NCBI GenBank assembly: GCA_031289425.1
Contig: JAITPM010000040.1
Location: 55,423 to 119,422, forward strand
Length of the DNA: 64,000 nt
From: Fusobacteriaceae bacterium
GTDB lineage: Bacteria > Fusobacteriota > Fusobacteriia > Fusobacteriales > Fusobacteriaceae
Direction: 5' to 3'
The position numbers and the translations under genes were made by a program. Shown here one piece after another: positions 18,724 to 25,980 of this stretch. The notes under the pieces are model-generated. The model was not told the DNA's origin, made no database searches, and was given only the letters and a program-made list of their open reading frames with translations. Every line of letters begins with the position of its first letter. The first letter of the stretch is position 1.

Positions 18724-19881
18724 TTATACTTTATCTGGTATTTCTAAAGCTTGTTCCAAATCATTTATCAAATCGTCTACATGTTCTATCCCTGTAGACA
18801 ACCGCAATGTTGTTTCTAAAATTCCATTCTTTTCTCGTTCTTCTAAAGGTACATCTGAATGTGTCTGTGTGGTAGGGTAAGTTATCAATGTTTCTACTCC
18901 ACCCAAACTTTCTGCAAAACGAATAAGTTTTACGCTTTTTAATACATGCAGGGCAGTTTTTGCACAATCTACTTGAAAAGTAATCATGCTTCCAGACCCA
19001 CGAGATTGATTCTTATTTATTTCATAACCGGGATGATCTTTTAATCCTACATAATATACTTTTGTTACCTTAGGATGATTTATCAACCAGTTGGCAATGG
19101 TGATAGCATTCTTCTGACAAGCTTCCATACGTACAGCAAGAGTTTTTACTCCGCGTAGAACCAACCAACTATCAAAGGGAGCAAGTCCTGAGCCAATAGT
19201 TTTTATCAAAAAACGGAGTTCTTCTGAAAGATCTTTTCTTTTTACTATCAAAAATCCTGCTAGGGTATCATTATGTCCACCCAAAAATTTTGTACCACTA
19301 TGGAGTACGATATCTGCTCCTAAATCTAAAGGATTTTGGAAATATGGAGATAAAAATGTGTTGTCCACAATTAAAAGTAAATTGTGTTTTTTTGCGATTT
19401 CTGCTGTTTTCTGAATATCTGTTATATTCATCATAGGATTTGTAGGAGTTTCAATAAAAATAGCTACCGTTTCCTTTTTAATAAAATCCTCCAGATTGGG
19501 GGTAGATGTATCTAGATAGGTGATGGTCAAGCCATTTTTTATACTGATTTTATCAAAATACCGGATCATTCCGCCATACAAGTCTCTGCTGCTTATAATA
19601 TGCGCTCCAGGCTTAAATAATTCCAGCATAACTGCAATGGCTGCCATACCACTGGAAAAAGCCAGAGCGTCAATCCCATTTTCTAGGGAAGCCACAACTC
19701 TTTCTAATTGTTCTCTTGTAGGATTTTGCTGACGACTATAATCGTAACCGGTGCTTTCTCCAACACCGGGGTGTGCAAAGGTAGCTGTCTGATAAATCGG
19801 AAAGCTGATTGATCCAGTATTATCACACTGTGATGCCAATTGATTATTACTTACACAATTTGTCTCAACACGATATTTCAC
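18724..19881 (-). CDS. Cys/Met-metabolism PLP enzyme (cystathionine beta-lyase / gamma-synthase / gamma-lyase family)
   Basis: PIYQTATF, GYDYSRQQNPTRE, FSSGMAAI, VDNTFLSP, HSGTKFLGGH (PLP lysine). Start set at GTG 19881, preceded by GGGAGG. The ATG at 19917 has no RBS. Confidence 0.85.
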   Translation of the reverse strand: MKYRVETNCVSNNQLASQCDNTGSISFPIYQTATFAHPGVGESTGYDYSRQQNPTREQLERVVASLENGIDALAFSSGMAAIAVMLELFKPGAHIISSRDLYGGMIRYFDKISIKNGLTITYLDTSTPNLEDFIKKETVAIFIETPTNPMMNITDIQKTAEIAKKHNLLLIVDNTFLSPYFQNPLDLGADIVLHSGTKFLGGHNDTLAGFLIVKRKDLSEELRFLIKTIGSGLAPFDSWLVLRGVKTLAVRMEACQKNAITIANWLINHPKVTKVYYVGLKDHPGYEINKNQSRGSGSMITFQVDCAKTALHVLKSVKLIRFAESLGGVETLITYPTTQTHSDVPLEEREKNGILETTLRLSTGIEHVDDLINDLEQALEIPDKV

Positions 19882-19963
19882 AACAACACCTCCCGCAACA
19901 GGATCTCCACCATGCATTTATATTTTTTGTTGCATGTTTCATATCTGACATATTTTTCATCAT
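19865..19963 (-). CDS. Candidate 32-aa Met/Cys-rich leader peptide (MMKNMSDMKHATKNINAWWRSCCGRCCCEISC)
   Basis: RBS GAGGAG lies 8 nt upstream of the ATG at 19963. 4 Met in the first 8 codons and 6 Cys in the last 11. Its TGA (19865-19867) lies 14 nt inside the downstream lyase gene, and the lyase SD (GGGAGG) sits between its Cys codons. Confidence 0.4.
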   Translation of the reverse strand: MMKNMSDMKHATKNINAWWRSCCGRCCCEISC

Positions 19964-20003
19964 AATTTTTTCTCCTCTATCATATTTTAAATATTATAAT
20001 ATA

Positions 20004-21206
20004 TCAATTATTAAAAATTCCTAAAAAATCAAGAACAACTCCTGAAAATGTTAAAATTCCAGTTGTTAATGCCTTTTGGTCTACGACAAATTTACTATTA
20101 TGGCTTGGGGTGAATTCTTCTCCTTCACTTCTGCAACCGATTCTGACAAAAACTCCAGGGTATTTATCTTTGATGTAAGAAAAATCTTCGGAACCCATTG
20201 CTGGAACCGTTAAATCTTTTACATGTTCTTTTCCCAGTATCTGACTCATAACGTTTTTTGTCCGCTCTACCCATATTTTATCATTGTAAAGAGGTGGGGG
20301 TCCTTCTTTGAAAAGCACATTGCAGCTGGCTCCAAAAGCTTTAGTCACTCCATTACATAGTTCTGTAATTCGTTTTTGTAGTTTTATTCTAATTTCTTTT
20401 TCTAAAGTTCGTATGGTACCTTTCAAATAAATCCTTTCAGGAATAATATTATAAGCATCACCGGCACTATGAATACTGCACACAGAAACCACTGCCGAAT
20501 CAACAGCACGGACTTCCCTGCTTACTAGATATTGCAATTGAGTAATAATAGAAGCTCCGATTACTATTGGGTCGATTGCTGTATATGAATGTGCTCCATG
20601 GCCGCCTCTACCAATGATTTCGATATCAAAACTATCTGTGCTGGCCAAATTAACGCCTGATTTAATCCCAATATCACCACCATAAAGTTCATTTATGACG
20701 TGTAAAGCCAGAACCCCGTCAATATTATCCAAGGGTACTTCGTCGCTGCTAAAGAGTAATTTAGCTCCTTCCAGGGTTTCTTCTCCCGGCTGAAAAAAGA
20801 AATATATAGTACCTGAGAATAATTTTTTATAATTATTTAATACTGAGATTACTCCCAATAAAATAGCAGTGTGCGCATCATGCCCACAGGCGTGCATGAT
20901 GCCACTATTTTTGCTACATGGAAAATGTTTTGAATCCTCAGTAATGGGAAGGGCATCCATATCCGCACGTAATAAAATACAACTATTTTCTTGCGGTGCT
21001 TCTAATTTTTCTCCCTTCATAACAGCCAAAAGTCCTGTTTTACCTATTTTAATAATTTGGTCGCAAAAGGAATCTTTCAAGAGTATATTTTCTACAAATA
21101 AACTCGTATTAAATTCTTTCATACTCAATTCCGGATTTTCATGGAAATATTTATAATAAGAATATACTTCATTTTCTATATTTTTTACGATTAATTTTAA
21201 GTCCAT
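20004..21206 (-). CDS. M20D-family amidohydrolase (N-acyl-amino-acid deacylase / hippurate hydrolase-like)
   Basis: 400 aa. RADMDALP, HACGHDAHT, PGEE, GRGGHGA motifs. Confidence 0.85.
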   Translation of the reverse strand: MDLKLIVKNIENEVYSYYKYFHENPELSMKEFNTSLFVENILLKDSFCDQIIKIGKTGLLAVMKGEKLEAPQENSCILLRADMDALPITEDSKHFPCSKNSGIMHACGHDAHTAILLGVISVLNNYKKLFSGTIYFFFQPGEETLEGAKLLFSSDEVPLDNIDGVLALHVINELYGGDIGIKSGVNLASTDSFDIEIIGRGGHGAHSYTAIDPIVIGASIITQLQYLVSREVRAVDSAVVSVCSIHSAGDAYNIIPERIYLKGTIRTLEKEIRIKLQKRITELCNGVTKAFGASCNVLFKEGPPPLYNDKIWVERTKNVMSQILGKEHVKDLTVPAMGSEDFSYIKDKYPGVFVRIGCRSEGEEFTPSHNSKFVVDQKALTTGILTFSGVVLDFLGIFNN

Positions 21207-21249
21207 AGGCCACCTTTGTTTTTTAATTTTTATTCTTTTTTAATTTTTT

Positions 21250-22089
21250 CTATTTTAAATAATCAGGTAAAATCCAAATCTTACTTTGAGTTTTAATATA
21301 ATCTTTAAATTCTTGTGATTGGTAAGCTGCAACGATATCTTTTACCCATTGTTCATCTTTATGTTTTGCGTTTACAGTTAAATGTATATAGTTATCAGGC
21401 AAAATATTTGTAGGAGTCTCTCCGATAAGAGCTGTATTAAAATCAACTCTAGAATTATATGCATCAGAGGCTCTTAAAATGATAAAAGCAAAATCAGTTC
21501 TGGTAGGAACAATATTTGCCCCCTTCAATTCGATAATCTCAAGATTATAAGTATTTTCAACAATATCAGACAATTGATATTGAGTTGAATCTACTTCGGG
21601 TTTTAATTTTATCCAGCCAAGTTGGCTCAACAATAGTAAAGAACGAGCTGTGTTGGAAGGATCATTAGGTAGGGCTAATTTATCTCCTTTAGCGATCTTT
21701 GATAGATCTGATTTTGCACCTGGATATATACCTGCAGGAGCAGTAGGAAGTGGAATAATAACAGCCAAGTCTGTCTTTTGAGCTTTATTAATATTAGCAA
21801 TATAAGCTTTATGTGCATCCACATGAAAATCAATCTCGTCTTCACTCAATGCTATTTCTCTTTGAATAGAATCTGTTATTTCCACGGCCGTTAATTTGTA
21901 TCCTTGTTTTTGCAAAATAGGAACAACGCCACCTTCGAGTAAATCACTAGTTGCTGTAGGCAGTCTGCGATATTTGAGCTCAGGTTTGGCAGCAGCACCG
22001 GCACTTACATTGTTACCAAAAGCTGTAAAAGTTACAATAAATAATACTAATAATAATACTACAAAAATACTTTTTTTCCTTAAATTCAT
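21250..22089 (-). CDS. metQ: Methionine ABC transporter substrate-binding protein (NlpA/MetQ family)
   Basis: 279 aa with signal peptide, NlpA-like sequence. Located immediately downstream of metI/metN. Confidence 0.8.
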   Translation of the reverse strand: MNLRKKSIFVVLLLVLFIVTFTAFGNNVSAGAAAKPELKYRRLPTATSDLLEGGVVPILQKQGYKLTAVEITDSIQREIALSEDEIDFHVDAHKAYIANINKAQKTDLAVIIPLPTAPAGIYPGAKSDLSKIAKGDKLALPNDPSNTARSLLLLSQLGWIKLKPEVDSTQYQLSDIVENTYNLEIIELKGANIVPTRTDFAFIILRASDAYNSRVDFNTALIGETPTNILPDNYIHLTVNAKHKDEQWVKDIVAAYQSQEFKDYIKTQSKIWILPDYLK

Positions 22090-22150
22090 TTTGAATCATC
22101 TCCTGTATAATTTTATTATAATAATTTTATGTTGTATTAATATGAATTTA

Positions 22151-22813
22151 CTAGTGTCTGAAACGTCTTGCAAGGGCATTTCCAAAAGATTGAAATATAT
22201 GAACGATAATAATCAATATTAAAACTGTTATCACCATAAGAGGTGTATTTACTCGTTCATGTCCATAGATAATAGCCAAATTCCCTATACCTCCAGCGCC
22301 TATGGCACCTGCCATGGCAGTAGAGCCCAAAAGGCTGATAGTTCCTGTAGTAAGAGCCAATATTAGAGAAGATTTGGCTTCAGGTATTAGAAAATACCAA
22401 ATAATCTGTTTTTTGCTTGCTCCCATAGATTGAGCAGCTTCGATAATACCTTCATCTACTCCCAACATAGAGTTCTCGAATAATCGAGATAAATATGGAG
22501 CCACATTTACAATCAAAGGGATTAAAGCTGCGGTAGTGCCAATCCTTGTTCCTACTATGAATTTTGTAAAAGGCATAATAGCCACTAGCAGGATAATAAA
22601 AGGTGTGCTTCGTACCATATTAACAATTGTATTTAGGAACAAATACAGATATTTTTTTTCCATGAGACCTTTTGGTCTCGTCAAGATTAAGATTATGGAC
22701 AAGAGCATTCCCAGAAGAGCTCCGCCTATTAAAGAAAGAGCTACCATGTAAAGAGTTTGCCTCGCACAAAGAATAAGTGTCGCTCGTGTTACTTTCAGAT
22801 ATTGTTCAATCAT
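22151..22813 (-). CDS. metI: Methionine ABC transporter permease
   Basis: 220 aa, 5-TM permease with an EAA loop (IIEAAQSMGASKKQI). Overlaps the metN stop. Confidence 0.85.
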   Translation of the reverse strand: MIEQYLKVTRATLILCARQTLYMVALSLIGGALLGMLLSIILILTRPKGLMEKKYLYLFLNTIVNMVRSTPFIILLVAIMPFTKFIVGTRIGTTAALIPLIVNVAPYLSRLFENSMLGVDEGIIEAAQSMGASKKQIIWYFLIPEAKSSLILALTTGTISLLGSTAMAGAIGAGGIGNLAIIYGHERVNTPLMVITVLILIIIVHIFQSFGNALARRFRH

Positions 22814-23826
22814 AGAAGCACCTCTTCATATTCATATAGGTTACTTAAATAATCTGTAACCTCTTTTATTTTTCTATCGGAGCCTGTAATCTGTAGAGAA
22901 AAAACAGTCAAAATCGCATTTTGCACCTCATTCACAGAAACGGATAAGGTATTGATTTCTGTATCAAATTTATTTCTCAATTCCGGAACAAAGGTATCGC
23001 ATACATTTCCCCCCATACATCGTACTGTGAGTATTTTTCCGTTTTTTTTCTCACGCAGTCCTATCAAAACAGGGTCAGGAATCTTATTGTCTATAACACT
23101 GTTGACAAAGGTTTTAGTGATGGCTTCCCGGGGTTTGGCAAAAATTTTTTTAACATCACCTATTTCCACAATGCGTCCTTCTTCCATGACGGCCATTTTA
23201 TTACAAAGATTTTGTACAATATTCATTTGATGAGTAATGATTAAGATTGTTACATCTAATTCTTGGTTTATTTTTTTAAGTAATCCTAATATGGATTCTG
23301 TAGTCCTGGGATCCAAGGCACTTGTAGGTTCATCACACAAGAGAATTGTTGGATTGGTCGCTAATGCTCTGGCAATTCCTACCCGTTGTTTTTGTCCTCC
23401 TGATAAATTGGATGGATACACATTGACTTTCTCGGATAGTTCTACAAACTCCAAAATTTCATTTACTTTTTTTTTGATATCTTTCTTGGGTGTTTTATTC
23501 AGAATCAAAGGCATTGCAACATTTTCATAGACGGTTCGGCTGTTCAAAAGATTAAAATTTTGAAAAATCATTGAAATATTCTTTCGTGCCTTGATTAAAT
23601 CATCATTTTTAAGATTATTTATGATTTCATTATTGACAATGACATTGCCGCTGCTAGGTCGTTCCAATGCATTCACCATTCGGATCAAAGTAGATTTTCC
23701 AGCACCACTATAGCCTATTACTCCAAAGATATCTCCCTTTTCTATAGAAAAACTAATATTTGTACATGCATGGACTTTTAGATTATTCGCATCATAAATT
23801 TTCCCAACATTTTCGAAACGTATCAT
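22810..23826 (-). CDS. metN: Methionine ABC transporter ATP-binding protein with C-terminal NIL/ACT-like domain
   Basis: GYSGAGKSTL, LSGGQKQRVGIARAL, LLCDEPTSALD, plus a C-terminal regulatory domain. Start set at MIRFENV, with RBS AGGAG. Confidence 0.85.
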   Translation of the reverse strand: MIRFENVGKIYDANNLKVHACTNISFSIEKGDIFGVIGYSGAGKSTLIRMVNALERPSSGNVIVNNEIINNLKNDDLIKARKNISMIFQNFNLLNSRTVYENVAMPLILNKTPKKDIKKKVNEILEFVELSEKVNVYPSNLSGGQKQRVGIARALATNPTILLCDEPTSALDPRTTESILGLLKKINQELDVTILIITHQMNIVQNLCNKMAVMEEGRIVEIGDVKKIFAKPREAITKTFVNSVIDNKIPDPVLIGLREKKNGKILTVRCMGGNVCDTFVPELRNKFDTEINTLSVSVNEVQNAILTVFSLQITGSDRKIKEVTDYLSNLYEYEEVLL

Positions 23827-23924
23827 TATTTGGCACACTCCTGTTAGAGATAAATAGAGACTTATTTCATTCTGCATTTATCAATAACCTGGGTATTGTT
23901 TTCCCTCCAGGTTAGGGATTCTAG

Positions 23925-24839
23925 TTATTTCACGCTGTATTTATCAATAACTCCCAATTCTCCCAGCAATTTTTCCAGTTTTTTCAAGTATTTACCACGG
24001 TAATCCTCATAAGGGCGGCGCAAATGTCCACCCGGTAAACCAAGTATATTCAGAGCGGCCTTGATAACAATGGGATTAGAAAATGTATATAATTCTTCCA
24101 ACAATGGGAACCATTTGAAATATTCTTTTCGTGATTCTTCCACTATCTCTATACTTGTCCAAGGTCGAGAGTAGAATGCTGATTCTTCCGGAATAATATT
24201 TCCACCGATATTAGCGGTACCTGTACCACCAACAGCCAACGTAGGCAATACGATAGCATAACCAGGGGCATCACAACACATGATTTTTATTTTTCCTTCA
24301 GTCAAACGTTGCACTTGTACCAGTTGTTCTACACTACCTACAGCTTCTTTGTCTACAACAAAATTTTCATGACGGTCAGATAGGAGCTTGATTGTTTGGG
24401 GTGTTACATGAACACCCAATCGTGAAGGGTTATTATAAATCCCACATGGAATGCTAATAGAATTCATACAGGCATCAAAATGCGCAAAAGCTGCAGATTG
24501 TGGTACCAATACATATGGGGGAACAGTGAATATAACACCGTCTGCACCTTGGTATTCATGATATTGTGCTAGGTCAATACTGGCTTCTGTTGTTAGTGCT
24601 GCCGCTGAAAAGAAAACCGGTATTCGCTTGTTAACAATTTTAAGAACTTGGCGTACAATTTCTTTTTTTTCTTCCACCGAAAGTAGCGTGGTTTCTCCGG
24701 CCGAGCCGAGAATAAATAATTGCGAAGTACCGTATTTAATTTGCCTCTCAATCAAAACAGCAAAAGCATCGAAATCAATTTTGTCCTCCTTTGTAAATGG
24801 TGTTGGCATGGCGACCCATGAGCCGGTTAAATTTGTCAT
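23925..24839 (-). CDS. DapA/NanA-family class I (Schiff-base) aldolase
   Basis: 304 aa. MPTPF, GSAGETTLLSVEEKKE, YNNP, VVDKEA (catalytic Lys context). RBS AAGGAGG. Confidence 0.8.
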   Translation of the reverse strand: MTNLTGSWVAMPTPFTKEDKIDFDAFAVLIERQIKYGTSQLFILGSAGETTLLSVEEKKEIVRQVLKIVNKRIPVFFSAAALTTEASIDLAQYHEYQGADGVIFTVPPYVLVPQSAAFAHFDACMNSISIPCGIYNNPSRLGVHVTPQTIKLLSDRHENFVVDKEAVGSVEQLVQVQRLTEGKIKIMCCDAPGYAIVLPTLAVGGTGTANIGGNIIPEESAFYSRPWTSIEIVEESRKEYFKWFPLLEELYTFSNPIVIKAALNILGLPGGHLRRPYEDYRGKYLKKLEKLLGELGVIDKYSVK

Positions 24840-24890
24840 CGTTGTCCTCCTTAGAATTGCAAATATTTTATGTATTTATTTTCATTTATA

Positions 24891-24926
24891 AAAAAAAATA
24901 CTTCAGAAATTTTTGAAGTATTTTTT
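24891..24926 (-). terminator. Strong stem-loop terminator/attenuator in the leader of the sulfur operon
   Basis: An 11-bp perfect stem, AAAATACTTCA (24895-24905) with TGAAGTATTTT (24914-24924), has an 8-nt loop and is flanked by A and T runs. It lies between the 50-aa sORF stop (24990) and the DapA-like start (24839). Confidence 0.6.
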
Positions 24927-24989
24927 GACCGTTATAATTTATTTGCTAATCTGTACTCAATCATTGTTTGCTAGGCGGCAAAACAAATT

Positions 24990-25142
24990 TTACATTGGTG
25001 CAGTCCGGTAAAAACCTTTTTCTAATTTCTTTTTTGGGTTCTGTCTATACAAAAAAATGTGAAACATGTTCATACATGTACACATCATACAGCTATGCAT
25101 CATACAGCAACAGATACCAATCCCCAAAAATAATAGAATCAT
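24990..25142 (-). CDS. Candidate 50-aa Cys/Met-rich small protein or leader peptide (MILLFLGIGICCCMMHSCMMCTCMNMFHIFLYRQNPKKKLEKGFYRTAPM)
   Basis: RBS AAAGGAAG lies 8 nt upstream of the ATG at 25142. 6 Cys and 8 Met in 50 residues. The longer track ORF begins at a TTG that coincides with the predicted -35 box. Confidence 0.4.
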   Translation of the reverse strand: MILLFLGIGICCCMMHSCMMCTCMNMFHIFLYRQNPKKKLEKGFYRTAPM

Positions 25143-25176
25143 TTTCTTACTTCCTTTGTCAGAAATTATTGTATCA

Positions 25177-25205
25177 ATCTTATCGTAAATTTTGTTTTTA
25201 GTCAA
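25177..25205 (-). promoter_or_regulatory. Sigma-70-type promoter candidate for the sulfur operon leader
   Basis: On the minus strand: TTGACT (25205-25200), 17 nt, TAAGAT (25182-25177). About 35 nt upstream of the sORF ATG. Confidence 0.4.
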
Positions 25206-25281
25206 ATATAAAAAATATATGATAAATATATAAAAAATATATAAAAAATATATTTTTAAAAACTTTGTTATAAATATAAAA

Positions 25282-25313
25282 GGCTCTTATAGACGTATCC
25301 GACAAAAAGAGCC
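25282..25313 (-). terminator. Terminator candidate ending the upstream sigma-54 operon
   Basis: GGCTCTT (25282-25288) pairs with AAGAGCC (25307-25313) across an 18-nt loop. On the minus strand it is followed by TTTTAT. Confidence 0.4.
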
Positions 25314-25376
25314 ATTTTATTACTCTATAATATTATAATAAACTTATCTAAAAAATATCTAAAATTTCTATGCATG

Positions 25377-25979
25377 TTATATATGATTGTACTCATCCTT
25401 ACCCAACAATCTGATAAACCATGATATTTTTGCACTTTCTTCCAATTCTTCTAGTCCAAAAAATGCTTCCATTATTGATTCTCCGCCTACTATTGATCCA
25501 TGATTTTGAAGAAGGAATCCATCTCCGGAATTTATTCTTTTTTTCATTTCTGCAAATAATTCTTTACTTCCTGGTGGGAAATATTTTATCAAAGAAATTT
25601 TTCCAACTTTCATTTGTAAATATGGGGTAATATTTGCAATTATATCATCTTCATTTTTATGCTTTAAAATTGACCAAAGTGTTGAATAAAGGCTGTGAGT
25701 ATGTATGACTGCTTGGATTTTATCTGATTTATTATATAGAGCCAAATGAAGAGAAAGTTCTTTGCTTGGTTTTATATCAGAAATAGTTGTCCCATCAAGA
25801 GTTGTTATCGCAAAATCTTTTTTCTCTAAAATACCAAAACATGTTCCACTTCCGGATATATATATTTTATCATTATCTCTGAAACTGATATTTGCTGATG
25901 AACCTGATGTTTTATTTCTCTCAAATAAGCTTTTTGATACCCATATTGTTTCTTGAAATTTTTTTCCCAAATCTTTCAT
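25377..25979 (-). CDS. Class II aldolase/adducin-family protein (OtnC-like decarboxylase/aldolase)
   Basis: 200 aa. SSANISFR, SGSG and VIHTHS metal-ligand contexts. Immediately downstream of the DUF1537 kinase. Confidence 0.75.
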   Translation of the reverse strand: MKDLGKKFQETIWVSKSLFERNKTSGSSANISFRDNDKIYISGSGTCFGILEKKDFAITTLDGTTISDIKPSKELSLHLALYNKSDKIQAVIHTHSLYSTLWSILKHKNEDDIIANITPYLQMKVGKISLIKYFPPGSKELFAEMKKRINSGDGFLLQNHGSIVGGESIMEAFFGLEELEESAKISWFIRLLGKDEYNHI

Positions 25980-25980
25980 T

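Noticed and set aside
23827-23924. Hairpin AACCTGG...CCAGGTT between the DapA-like gene and metN as a small SAM riboswitch.
   Set aside because: The spacer is only ~98 nt, with a single simple stem and no recognisable conserved riboswitch nucleotides. It is more likely an mRNA-stabilising or processing hairpin. The evidence is not enough to report it.
25206-25260. AT-rich tandem motif as a CRISPR-like or minisatellite array.
   Set aside because: There are only three 14-nt copies, two of them overlapping. No spacers of CRISPR size and no cas genes are present. It is reported instead as a possible promoter-upstream binding array.
24840-25376. T-box or SAM-I (S-box) riboswitch in the sulfur-operon leader.
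   Set aside because: Reading the minus strand by eye, I found no T-box core (AGGGTGG.ACCGCG-like) and no SAM-I conserved junction sequences. The region is instead occupied by an sORF with an RBS plus a simple terminator. A covariance-model scan would be needed to exclude smaller riboswitch classes.
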